A stretch of DNA of 62,004 nt, taken from positions 1-62,004 of the IMG/VR virus record IMGVR_UViG_3300003669_000091. The stretch is one strand, 5' to 3'. Source of the stretch: a virus (taxonomy: Duplodnaviria; Caudoviricetes). Below are positions 38,257 through 46,806 of the stretch, in pieces. The notes under the pieces were generated by a model, which was given only the letters and a program-made list of their open reading frames with translations, made no database searches and had not been told where the DNA came from. The stretch's first letter is position 1. Every line of letters starts with the position of its first letter. A program made the translations under genes and the position numbers.

Positions 38257-38553
38257 ATGAAGACAAAAAAGCCAAAATGGTATGAGGTTGAAGAACAGAA
38301 ATCGCCTCGCCACCATGAAGACAGCCAGCTTCGCGGTGAAGTGTCGGCCATGCTCGCCGAGCTCGGACCTGATCACCCTGCAGTTTCGGCATTCAATGAA
38401 GGGGCTTCGACAGTCGAGGCATGCCACCTCATTGACCTTGAGGCGAACAAAGAACTCGTGGAGAGGATCAATGCTGCCTATGTAGCCTGGGGCGATCGAT
38501 TCAGGAATGGCACGCCAAAGTACTTTTCGCCATGGAAAGGCAATGACCAGTAG
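38257..38553 (+). CDS. Moron-like hypothetical protein on the opposite strand
   Basis: Fills the gap between pro and terL without overlap; AT-richer upstream region. Confidence 0.6.
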   Translation: MKTKKPKWYEVEEQKSPRHHEDSQLRGEVSAMLAELGPDHPAVSAFNEGASTVEACHLIDLEANKELVERINAAYVAWGDRFRNGTPKYFSPWKGNDQ

Positions 38554-38560
38554 ATGCTGG

Positions 38561-40138
38561 TCAAGCATCCGCGAACATATCCTCTGCCTGCTTTGCCGCA
38601 TGAGCCGCCGCCGAGTCGCTGTCATTCCCGGCATAGCTGTCGCACACCATGTAGGTCGTCGCCTCGAGGAAGGCAAAGGACATGGCATCAATCAAGTCAG
38701 GCGACTTGATGCCATCGCGCCGCATGTCTTCCTTGCTCATCATTACGTAGCGCAGGCCGCCTGCCTCGCTGAAGTGGTATGGAAGCCGGCTGCCCTGTGA
38801 AATGATCTTCTCGCGCAACTTCTTGTCCAGGCCTTGAGGAAGCACCACGCGTCCCTGTCGAATCGCATCCCTGAAGCGGACCATGGCGCAGGCACGCTGG
38901 TTGTAGAAGCGGTTCTTGTATTCCTTCTTGAAGCATGGGGCGCCCCAATTCACTTTCACCACCGGCACGCCAGAGCGCTCGATCAGTTTGCATACCGTGT
39001 GACCAGCGCCACCTGAATCCACGTAGAGCGTCGCGTTAGACAGGTTGCCGACGAGATTTACCAGGTCTCCGGCAAGGTCAATCTCGTTCTTGTCGTTCGA
39101 GCAGACCGGTATCTTGATGTACTCAACGCGCCGGGCATCCTGACCATGGTCCGCATTGCCGATTATCTTGGCGACAATGGCTACTGAGTCATCACGTAGC
39201 TCACCCAATGCAACGTCGGATAGTACGACCAGGCCGAACGGTTCATCGTCATTGATGATCTTCCTCGGCTTGAACGCCTCATCCATGTCCGCCCGCGTAA
39301 GCAGCACATTGCCGCTGCTCTGTGCAAACAGGCCAAGCACCCGAATCTGGTACTCAACAGAGTTCCGCCCTCCGCTCTCGTCAGCCCGCTCTTGGAGCCA
39401 TTTCAGCGTGACAAAGGGCGAGCATTCAGAATTGAATCGGAGAGCATGCCAACTCCCACCATTCGCCTTGCTGAGCGTGTGATGTGAGTCGTAAAACCGA
39501 CCAGCGTTGCGCGCTCCCTGAGAAGCGATCAATGTCCGGTTTCCGGCCTGAGTCTGTGTGCCGTCGATAACGTCGTAGTGGTCATCCGACACGCCGGCCG
39601 CCTCATCGACGATGATCAACTGCCAATATCGATGCTTGCCGGCGATCGATATCGATTCTCCCCTCGGCATGGCCACCTGTTTGATGAACCACTGCTCGGC
39701 GTAGCCATTCACGACAACCTGCTTGGCCGTGATCGTGAAGAAATCATTGATCCAGGCATGCGGACCGCTGGCGATAGCTACCCTGGCATCTTTCATTTCC
39801 TTCCATACGCCGTCGGCGACCTGCTGGATGACCGGAGCGCCGATGTAGGTATTCGATCCGATCTCTACCTTGCCTTCGTAGATGGCCACTGGGTGACACA
39901 GCAGATGCCAAAGTGCGATGCGCGCGAAGGTTGCAGTCTTTCCCGTGCCGGTCCCTGACACCACTGACACCTTGGCGTTCTCCGGCGTGATCGCAAGGAA
40001 CAGATCCTCTTGGTCCGCGCTGGGGCTGAAACCGGTTACCTCGACCGCAAAGCGCAACGGGTCGGCGTGATAGCGCTCAACGAAGTCCGCAAAGCGAGGA
40101 TCGGCAAGGAGGTTTCTATTCTTCTTCTGCTGCGCCAT
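38561..40138 (-). CDS. terL: Terminase large subunit (P1 PacB-like)
   Basis: Walker A VSVVSGTGTGKT, Walker B LIIVDEAAG, nuclease LSDVA..DDSV and SPDLIDA. Confidence 0.92.
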   Translation of the reverse strand: MAQQKKNRNLLADPRFADFVERYHADPLRFAVEVTGFSPSADQEDLFLAITPENAKVSVVSGTGTGKTATFARIALWHLLCHPVAIYEGKVEIGSNTYIGAPVIQQVADGVWKEMKDARVAIASGPHAWINDFFTITAKQVVVNGYAEQWFIKQVAMPRGESISIAGKHRYWQLIIVDEAAGVSDDHYDVIDGTQTQAGNRTLIASQGARNAGRFYDSHHTLSKANGGSWHALRFNSECSPFVTLKWLQERADESGGRNSVEYQIRVLGLFAQSSGNVLLTRADMDEAFKPRKIINDDEPFGLVVLSDVALGELRDDSVAIVAKIIGNADHGQDARRVEYIKIPVCSNDKNEIDLAGDLVNLVGNLSNATLYVDSGGAGHTVCKLIERSGVPVVKVNWGAPCFKKEYKNRFYNQRACAMVRFRDAIRQGRVVLPQGLDKKLREKIISQGSRLPYHFSEAGGLRYVMMSKEDMRRDGIKSPDLIDAMSFAFLEATTYMVCDSYAGNDSDSAAAHAAKQAEDMFADA

Positions 40139-40148
40139 GGTCAGAGCA

Positions 40149-40688
40149 TCAGATCAACCCCAGATTGGCCGCACGCCAGATCACCAGATCGACAGTTGCA
40201 ACACGATCACCACTTAACTTGGCCAGTCGACTACACAAGGCACTGACACCCTCGACACCGGCCACGCGAACCAAGTGACGGTCGGGCTTGGCGACATCGT
40301 GACCAAAGTTCTTTGCAAGGTGCCAGCAGGTGATGGAACCGATCCACGGCAGCGCCATCAGGAACAAAATCTTGTCTTCAGCAGCAAGGTACTCGGCCAG
40401 CAGCCGTTCCCGATTGGCAAAGACATGATCGATTGCCGAGGCCTTTCCCTTGTGGCCGAAAACATCGGCCGCGCTGCCGCCGGTGACCACGGCTGGATAA
40501 ACCTTTCCCCAGATACGCTCGGCAACCTGATTCTTCATACCGCTGTTGAGTACAACCCATGCGAACTCACGCCAGAAGACCATCGGATCGGCAACCGTCT
40601 TGACGTTCTGGGCCCACTCGATCTCATGACCGTAGCCGAGCGCTTCGATTTCATCGCGCAAGGCACGATAGCGGTCAATGCATAGCAT
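40149..40688 (-). CDS. Helix-hairpin-helix DNA glycosylase-like protein
   Basis: LMALPWIGSITCWHLAKNFG.DVAKPDRHLVR (HhH followed by PD). Confidence 0.7.
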   Translation of the reverse strand: MLCIDRYRALRDEIEALGYGHEIEWAQNVKTVADPMVFWREFAWVVLNSGMKNQVAERIWGKVYPAVVTGGSAADVFGHKGKASAIDHVFANRERLLAEYLAAEDKILFLMALPWIGSITCWHLAKNFGHDVAKPDRHLVRVAGVEGVSALCSRLAKLSGDRVATVDLVIWRAANLGLI

Positions 40689-40887
40689 GGCGCCTCGCAT
40701 CTGCGCATTCCTGATTGGCGGCCTCGATGGTCGTCTTCAATTCAGCTATCCACTCGCACTTGACCCTTATCAAATGCGTTCCATTGGTGATGCCGGGCTG
40801 TTCTGAATAGGTGAAGCCAGCAGCATCGATGTGCTTCTTGAAGATATGCAGTTTCCAGGCGTCAATGACCACACCGACCGTTTTCAT
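40675..40887 (-). CDS. Hypothetical protein
   Basis: ATGA overlap with the upstream gene; SD GGGGAGG. Confidence 0.6.
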   Translation of the reverse strand: MKTVGVVIDAWKLHIFKKHIDAAGFTYSEQPGITNGTHLIRVKCEWIAELKTTIEAANQECADARRHAMH

Positions 40888-41144
40888 GGCTTCCTCCCCT
40901 GCGGATAGATCCATTCAGGATCGGTGGCGAAATGGGCATGCGCCTGCCTGGCGTTGCCAGAATCGATCTGTGCCTTCAACTTCTCTGCCGCGTCGCACAT
41001 CTTGTTGTAGGCCTCGACGGTACCGACCTGATTTTCCATATCGAAAATGACGCGCCGCAGCCCGTAGTCACATGGCCGCATGATTCGCTTTGGTGCCGGA
41101 CGGCTTGTGCCTTCATCGGCCTTGAGTTGGTGTATTTCTGCCAT
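40884..41144 (-). CDS. Hypothetical protein
   Basis: Tightly packed ORF in the accessory cassette. Confidence 0.55.
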   Translation of the reverse strand: MAEIHQLKADEGTSRPAPKRIMRPCDYGLRRVIFDMENQVGTVEAYNKMCDAAEKLKAQIDSGNARQAHAHFATDPEWIYPQGRKP

Positions 41145-41146
41145 GG

Positions 41147-41398
41147 CTACGAGACTACAACCCAGTCTTCGGCCTGCATGTCGTCGGTTTCCGGCACATA
41201 CAGGGCATTCGACCATGCTCCGATGAATACACGGACCGGCTTTTCATCGTGGGTCCAAGCATGCGCCAGCCTGCACGGTTCGCGGCCCATGTCGTGGATA
41301 GGGACAGGACCGGCCTCAACGAGGCGACAATCCTGATCGCTTTGGCGCTGCACGACGGCGCCGGCCAACATGGCATTGACGGCTTCAGGCCACTTCAT
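41147..41398 (-). CDS. DUF2829 / Tad2-like protein
   Basis: N-terminal MKWPEAVNAMLAGAVVQR and C-terminal YVPETDDMQAEDWVVV match the family pattern; ATGA overlap. Confidence 0.65.
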   Translation of the reverse strand: MKWPEAVNAMLAGAVVQRQSDQDCRLVEAGPVPIHDMGREPCRLAHAWTHDEKPVRVFIGAWSNALYVPETDDMQAEDWVVVS

Positions 41399-41607
41399 GC
41401 CAACTTCCTCAGCCGAGCGTTCTCCCTTGCAACGCTGTCCTTCAGCGATCGCCTTGCAGCCTTGATTCGCATGACAACATGCCTCCGATTCTGACAATCT
41501 CTCGCTGACAAGTGCAGGCAGTAGCGATAGTGGCGACCGTTGGCCATCGTCCGCTCCATGTACCAAGAAACGCTCCCGTCAGCCCGGGCTACTTTGCGAT
41601 TGCGCAT
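41395..41607 (-). CDS. Basic hypothetical protein
   Basis: Tightly packed ORF; start uncertain. Confidence 0.5.
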   Translation of the reverse strand: MRNRKVARADGSVSWYMERTMANGRHYRYCLHLSARDCQNRRHVVMRIKAARRSLKDSVARENARLRKLA

Positions 41608-41870
41608 GATTTTTTCCCTTTCTTCTCGGCACACGTGAGACACACCGGCGATATCACCTTGACCGGTCGTTTGCGGATCATCGCTTCTGAGTGGTCAAAC
41701 TCAGAGCTCAGTTCCTGCGGGTACCGCCACAGCCCACAGCGCCCACACTCGACTTGGCGAAGGCCTGCCTTGTGCTGGACCTCTGCCCACTCGTGCCACT
41801 GTAGGTAGCCTTCCGGCGCCGGGTCGCCAGGCTTGTAATCCGATTGCTCGAGGATGCAGGCGATGCTCAT
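41589..41870 (-). CDS. Zinc-finger hypothetical protein
   Basis: PEGYLQWHEWA, CGRCG, CLTC. Confidence 0.6.
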   Translation of the reverse strand: MSIACILEQSDYKPGDPAPEGYLQWHEWAEVQHKAGLRQVECGRCGLWRYPQELSSEFDHSEAMIRKRPVKVISPVCLTCAEKKGKKSCAIAK

Positions 41871-42202
41871 TTCGCGCATTCATTTTCTGATCGTGCAAGG
41901 TCGTCACACACCAGGCGAATGAAGTCCTCGAGCGTGGCGATGGTGCGCATCTCTTCACCGAGCAGCCCGGCCTGCATCGTCTTGGCTCCGAGGTTGCATT
42001 CCATCCACCACCATTCCAGCCATTCATCAATGAAATAGGCGTCTCCGAGTGCGTCCTTGTACCCGCCAATGAGCGCCCAGATCGCAGCGTTTAGACCGGA
42101 CTCAGGGGCCATCATCAACGCGCTATTGAGCAAGTCAGTGATCCGTTCGATCTCGGTAACGCGCTCATGAAACTGCCGTATCGCCTTCTCAACCTTCTCC
42201 AC
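41867..42202 (-). CDS. Hypothetical protein
   Basis: WLEWWWMECNLG motif; SD GGAG. Confidence 0.6.
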   Translation of the reverse strand: MEKVEKAIRQFHERVTEIERITDLLNSALMMAPESGLNAAIWALIGGYKDALGDAYFIDEWLEWWWMECNLGAKTMQAGLLGEEMRTIATLEDFIRLVCDDLARSENECAK

Positions 42203-42419
42203 AACTACTCTCCATTTCTTCGAACAGATCGCCCGTCATCTCGTCGGATACAGCCCTGACACGCCGTATTGCTCCAGCGAATACCGCCCGCAACCGAGCC
42301 AGTTCAGGCTGGTCAGCAATGGCACGCTCAAGGCATTCCGGTCCGATCATGACGGCGATACTCGCCTCGCTGGTCAGCACCCTGTTGCATATTCGGCAAC
42401 GGGCCACGTCAAGCACCAC
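42189..42419 (-). CDS. DUF6011-like zinc-binding protein
   Basis: CRICNRVLTSEASIAVMIGPEC. Confidence 0.65.
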   Translation of the reverse strand: MVLDVARCRICNRVLTSEASIAVMIGPECLERAIADQPELARLRAVFAGAIRRVRAVSDEMTGDLFEEMESSCGEG

Positions 42420-42786
42420 GCCCCTTGTTCCACCAGCGGTAGAACGCTTTCGGACCTTCGTCGCAACTCCAGCAGCGGCGCTCCCGCATCAGCAATAGAA
42501 GCTGTTTGGCCTGCGGTCTGGTCATCTCGAAAGCTTCCCAGCACCAGTTTCCGAACCATGGAATTCTGCGAACAAACGGGAACCACACCCGGTGGATACG
42601 AAAGCGATTGCGCTGGTGGTCGACGGTGATGGTTACGCCTTCAACATGACGATGCTCAAGGCTCGCGTCCCATGCGGTAGAACCTATCTGATATAGCGAC
42701 TCCACATTGATGCCATCGACGCGGCCGGTGAAGATTCCGTTGGCCGGGTCGTTGCATGCGAAACTGATGCGAATGCGCCTGCTCAT
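42409..42786 (-). CDS. Hypothetical protein
   Basis: ATGA overlap with the peptidase gene; WFGNWCW motif. Confidence 0.55.
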   Translation of the reverse strand: MSRRIRISFACNDPANGIFTGRVDGINVESLYQIGSTAWDASLEHRHVEGVTITVDHQRNRFRIHRVWFPFVRRIPWFGNWCWEAFEMTRPQAKQLLLLMRERRCWSCDEGPKAFYRWWNKGRGA

Positions 42787-43115
42787 GTGGATAGCGCCCC
42801 ACTGACTGAGCGCTCTTCGATTTTCGCGATGTACCCGGCGTGCAGCGATTCGAACGCCGCTTCCCATTCCGGTCCGTGGTCGGCGTCATGCCCTGCCACG
42901 ACATGCGCCAATTCGTGAGCAAGGATCTCGGCGCAATTCAGGTATGGCAGTTCAGCCGATATCACGACCTGGGGAACGCCTTCACCGAAAATGGTTACCC
43001 CGTGTCCTTCCTTCAGTTCTCCGCCGAACACGATCTGTGCCGAGTGGTCTGGGTATAGCCGGTCAAAGACCTCAATCAGGTCGTGCAACGGGTCGTGGAA
43101 GATAGTCAGCGCCAT
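42783..43115 (-). CDS. Small zinc metallopeptidase (SprT/ImmA-like HEXXH)
   Basis: ILAHELAHVVAGHDADHGPEW. Confidence 0.75.
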   Translation of the reverse strand: MALTIFHDPLHDLIEVFDRLYPDHSAQIVFGGELKEGHGVTIFGEGVPQVVISAELPYLNCAEILAHELAHVVAGHDADHGPEWEAAFESLHAGYIAKIEERSVSGALST

Positions 43116-43124
43116 CGGTTGCCC

Positions 43125-43835
43125 TCATTTCTTCAATTCGATGATCGTGGCTGGCCTATGAACTGGACCAGCCCATTCAAGGCTACCGAATCCAGGCCAG
43201 TTGCTCAGGTCTTGAGACCAAATGCAGGGCGGGATGCCGGCCGCGAAGAAACTGAAGTTGATATCGACGAAGTAGCGGCGGCGTCCTTCTGACTTCTCCG
43301 AATTGATGCCGATGTTCGCCCTCGCCATGACCATTCGATTGAAGTTCCCACCTCGTACCCAGAAGAACTCTTCCGGGGAGCCGCGAAGATCATCCACGGT
43401 CGGGGCGGACTTCCTCCACTCCATGGCCATGGTCGCCTGCTCATTGGTGGATACCTCGGCATCGACTATCAAGAACGATTCGATTTCAGCGCGAGCGGCA
43501 TCAATGTCGTCGACCATCTCCCACGAGCTCTCACCCTGCTCCCAATGGGTCCGGCTCATCCCGCAAACGTTGCAGATTTCCAAATCCTCGCCGGTAGGCC
43601 ATCCCTTCGGGTCAAACCTGGTGTCCTTGTGTTCGCACGGTCTGATATCTGCGATCCTGGCAGGAATATCACCACCATCGACAGGCGGCATGCCTGCATC
43701 GATCAACTCACCGCGAAACACAACACGCCTAACAATCTCGCATGGAGGTTCATTGAGAATGGTTTCCGGAACCACCTTCGGAACATCAATCTGTACGAAT
43801 ACCAATCCGCCTGGCCTGGCGTTGATTATCGGCAT
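43125..43835 (-). CDS. Hypothetical multidomain protein
   Basis: 236 aa with CEH...CNVCG and a WAGP C-terminal segment. Confidence 0.55.
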   Translation of the reverse strand: MPIINARPGGLVFVQIDVPKVVPETILNEPPCEIVRRVVFRGELIDAGMPPVDGGDIPARIADIRPCEHKDTRFDPKGWPTGEDLEICNVCGMSRTHWEQGESSWEMVDDIDAARAEIESFLIVDAEVSTNEQATMAMEWRKSAPTVDDLRGSPEEFFWVRGGNFNRMVMARANIGINSEKSEGRRRYFVDINFSFFAAGIPPCIWSQDLSNWPGFGSLEWAGPVHRPATIIELKK

Positions 43836-44098
43836 GGCGGCTTACCATCCCGGAACACCTTACGCGCCATATCGACGCTTGCGAGGTATGGGCGAACATC
43901 GCGGCCAACAGTCTCGAACAGAGCGCGGAGGCCGGCTTCGTGCGGCTGCATGTAGGACTTGCCCATATTTTCGTAGAAGACCTTCAGAAAGGCATCCACT
44001 CCGTACCCGACCAGTGCATCCAGCGCTCGGCATTCAGCTTCGGTCAGCGTGGTCTTCACCTTCAGTTCGATATCGACCATCGGCTTCATGTTGGCCAT
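43826..44098 (-). CDS. Hypothetical protein
   Basis: LTEAECRALDALVGYG..FLKVFY pattern. Confidence 0.6.
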   Translation of the reverse strand: MANMKPMVDIELKVKTTLTEAECRALDALVGYGVDAFLKVFYENMGKSYMQPHEAGLRALFETVGRDVRPYLASVDMARKVFRDGKPPCR

Positions 44099-44856
44099 TA
44101 CGCGGCATCCTTTCCGAACAGGTCATTGGCTGGCGGATTAACTCCCATGAGGAAGGCAATCTTGGTCAATCCCTTCCCAGTGACCATCACCTGCTCGTAG
44201 TTCTTCACCGTCCCATCCTCTTGCGGCTTCGGATAGACCTTGTGCGTTAGGAACCCAGACTGGATTCGATCCTGGTATGCCACCCAGCCGCCTGATCCAC
44301 CGACACGGCGATACGTCCAGCGGCTCTGACTCAACCATGTGAAGAGCCGGCCGGGGGCAATCTGGAGCAGTTTCGCCGCGGTCGTGATGTTCCACATACC
44401 GTCAGCCGATGCGATGGTGTCGAGAGCCAGAGCCTTGGGAGCGACGATAGCCAGTTGCGCTTCAGCCTTGGCCTTCCCTTCGGCGAGATCAGCTGCCAGT
44501 CGGAGCGCTTCGGGAAGCGACTGCGGAACAGCGATCGCCGGCGCACGGGTGACCATCGCATCGTAGGCACGAACTACCTTTACCTGGAAAGTAGCGCTGA
44601 TCCACATCGCGTAGGAATAGACGAGTTCCTTGCATGCGTAGGTTCCCGGCGCAGAACCTCCGCGAACGGCCTCCGCTGGGGCAAACGCCATATCTGGCGT
44701 TAGCTCACGGACCATCTTCTGGAACATCTCGGTTCTGGTCCAGCGATTCGGGCTATCCGCATCCATACCCCCAGCGGCCCGGTGAAGTTCGTTCAGACAG
44801 AAACGCCCATGCTGATCCTGGTGAATCACGGTACCGCAAACTGTCAGTTCGTTCAT
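44098..44856 (-). CDS. ant: Antirepressor, KilA-N plus KilAC/ANT domains
   Basis: GRFCLNELHRAAG, GTYACKELVYSYAMWISATF (KilA-N); PQSLPEALRLAADL; APKA..D; QVMVTGKGLTKI. Confidence 0.9.
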   Translation of the reverse strand: MNELTVCGTVIHQDQHGRFCLNELHRAAGGMDADSPNRWTRTEMFQKMVRELTPDMAFAPAEAVRGGSAPGTYACKELVYSYAMWISATFQVKVVRAYDAMVTRAPAIAVPQSLPEALRLAADLAEGKAKAEAQLAIVAPKALALDTIASADGMWNITTAAKLLQIAPGRLFTWLSQSRWTYRRVGGSGGWVAYQDRIQSGFLTHKVYPKPQEDGTVKNYEQVMVTGKGLTKIAFLMGVNPPANDLFGKDAA

Positions 44857-44858
44857 GG

Positions 44859-45098
44859 CTACTCAGCTTTGCTGGGTTGGTCGATCAGCGCCTGAATGTC
44901 CTCGGCGCGCCAGGCCACCAGGTTCTTGGAAATCTTCACGGGCTTCGGATAGCGGCCAGACTTCACGCCGGCGAACCAGGTCGAGCGCGAGACGGGGAAA
45001 ATCGCTGGCACCGGCGGTTTCGCCTTCGGGTTTCCAATGATCTGAGGGAGCCGCAGAAGCTGCCCGGCGGACGGGCTGGCAGTGTTCGCTTCCGACAT
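44859..45098 (-). CDS. AlpA-family HTH regulator/excisionase-like protein
   Basis: LLRLPQI...PVSRSTWFAGVKSGRYPKPVKIS..VAWRAEDI. Confidence 0.9.
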   Translation of the reverse strand: MSEANTASPSAGQLLRLPQIIGNPKAKPPVPAIFPVSRSTWFAGVKSGRYPKPVKISKNLVAWRAEDIQALIDQPSKAE

Positions 45099-45151
45099 GC
45101 TTCAATCTCCTTCTAATTCGGGTGGATTGATTAAACCGCGCTTGGACTTCC

Positions 45152-45661
45152 TCAATTCCTACCGTTTTCCGGATTTGGCATTGAAGCCACTCCCTGATCG
45201 CGCCAAACCCAAATCCACTTTCTTCGACCGCGCCGGCCAGATCGCTTGTCTGTTCCGCTGCTGGAAAATGCTTCCCGAGACCACCCATCGAACCGATACG
45301 TGTTTCCGTTGTGCAGGTCAGCATCCTGATAGCTGATCGCAAATTCGTAACCCATCTGCGGGAAGACGAATTCACGCCACAGACGGAGCACGACCCTGCA
45401 GAGTCCTGATCGCTCAGCACAGAGGCGCGATAGTTCGCAACCATTCGCCCGTGTGATGTGACCGAGGCCGCCGCCGACTCGCTCGCGGATTAGCGTCGAC
45501 ATCATGGCTACGCCCACCGGCCGGCCGTCGTGGCATAGGGCGTAATGCACGCCAGCCTCATTTCCACGCAGGAGCGGGCCCATCTTGTGGCCCCATCGGA
45601 GGAGGCAGTCATTGGCCTGGACAAGGCTTATTTCTTCGAAGGTGACGAGTGGAATCAGCAT
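45152..45661 (-). CDS. Mom-like GNAT-fold DNA modification protein
   Basis: GRPVGVA, ELSRLC, ISYQD..HNGNTYRFDGW resemble Mom/XF1762-type motifs. Confidence 0.6.
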   Translation of the reverse strand: MLIPLVTFEEISLVQANDCLLRWGHKMGPLLRGNEAGVHYALCHDGRPVGVAMMSTLIRERVGGGLGHITRANGCELSRLCAERSGLCRVVLRLWREFVFPQMGYEFAISYQDADLHNGNTYRFDGWSREAFSSSGTDKRSGRRGRRKWIWVWRDQGVASMPNPENGRN

Positions 45662-46803
45662 GGTTGAAACTCATCATCGTCGTCATCGTCATCGCGCGGG
45701 ATCGGTTCGACATCAACCACATCAGTCAGGCCGCGCTCTGCCAGAACCGTGGCCTGCCGCGCCCGGGACTTCGCCATCTTCTCCTCGTAGAGTTTGGCTA
45801 GCTCATCGCCCGCCGGCAGGTTGATGTTGACCTCCATCTCCTTGTCCTTGAACAGCCCATGGACGCGCGCAAGGTTCTCCCGAGCCTTCTCCTGGCTGTT
45901 GGTCAGTATCTCGATACCTTCCCGACCTTCCTTGACGCCCGCAAACATGGCCAGCGCCGCCGGCGACAGCTTCCGGGTGTCCTGAATGAAGGTCTCGCCC
46001 ACGCCTTCGCCAAAGCAGTCCGGGCATTCATTGTTGGGGTCTTTACGCTTGTCGAACCAGTCGCCATCGATGCCTTCGAACTCGCCGATGTCGCTTTTGC
46101 CTGACGACTTTGCCAAGAGCTCGGCGCGCTTCTCTTCGTGACCGATCTTGGCTTTCTTGAACTCGGCCGGCGTGTATTGGTACCGGAAGTCCTTACCCCA
46201 GCAATGGCGGCAGCAGGTTCTCCGGTACTGGCTCAACTCGTTCGGGTTGGCCGTGGCGATAGCTTCCCACGTCTGGACAACTGCATCGCCGTCAATGCCA
46301 AGGCGTTCTAAGCGATCAGCCATCAGCTCATCAATGGCAGCCCGAATTTCTGGTTTTTGAAGGAGGTCCCACGCTTGCGCGCCAGCAGAACGTTCTGAAT
46401 AGCCCGCGCGGATGGCGGCCCGGGTACCATTCCAATCTATCGTGTATTCCCTCACAAAAAGCTGTTGCATATCAGTGAGTTGATCGAATGCGCCAAGCTT
46501 GGCGACTGGATCACTGGGAATGGTTTTCGTGGGAATCATGGTTTCGCGATGGTTTTCGGAAACCTTGGAAACCTTCGATGGTTTTGAAACCTTGTTTGTC
46601 GATACCTTGGCATGTGCCGAAGAATCAACAGCCGTAGGGCTCTTCGTCCATCCCTCGCTCAATGCTTTCTTCCGCACTGCGGGTGCAGACACAGGCAGGT
46701 CAAGCTCTTCCACCAACCACGAATAGCCATCGCGCGTGTCGCCTTCCCACTTCTTGCGGACCTTGCCCCATTGCTGGGGAGAGAGTTTCGGTTTTGCCGC
46801 CAT
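45655..46803 (-). CDS. terS: Terminase small subunit with N-terminal HTH and Zn-ribbon insertion
   Basis: QQLFVREYTIDWNGTRAAIRAGYSERSA..QAWDLLQKPEIRAAI; CCRHCWG...CPDCFGEG. Confidence 0.9.
   Translation of the reverse strand: MAAKPKLSPQQWGKVRKKWEGDTRDGYSWLVEELDLPVSAPAVRKKALSEGWTKSPTAVDSSAHAKVSTNKVSKPSKVSKVSENHRETMIPTKTIPSDPVAKLGAFDQLTDMQQLFVREYTIDWNGTRAAIRAGYSERSAGAQAWDLLQKPEIRAAIDELMADRLERLGIDGDAVVQTWEAIATANPNELSQYRRTCCRHCWGKDFRYQYTPAEFKKAKIGHEEKRAELLAKSSGKSDIGEFEGIDGDWFDKRKDPNNECPDCFGEGVGETFIQDTRKLSPAALAMFAGVKEGREGIEILTNSQEKARENLARVHGLFKDKEMEVNINLPAGDELAKLYEEKMAKSRARQATVLAERGLTDVVDVEPIPRDDDDDDDEFQPC
46520..46608. repeat. Cluster of about 8 short GAAACC/GGTTT(T)C-type repeats inside terS (candidate pac site)
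   Basis: ATGGTTT at 46520, 46538, 46549, 46578; GAAACCTT at 46559, 46568, 46586; GATACCTT at 46601. Confidence 0.55.
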
Positions 46804-46806
46804 GGG

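Noticed and set aside
37269-38351. ORF-track N-terminal extensions (38351, 59308, 56891, 60149, 50447, 26651, 9855, 1618)
   Set aside because: They run through promoters or neighbouring genes; downstream ATGs have SD sequences, ATGA overlaps or leaderless geometry.
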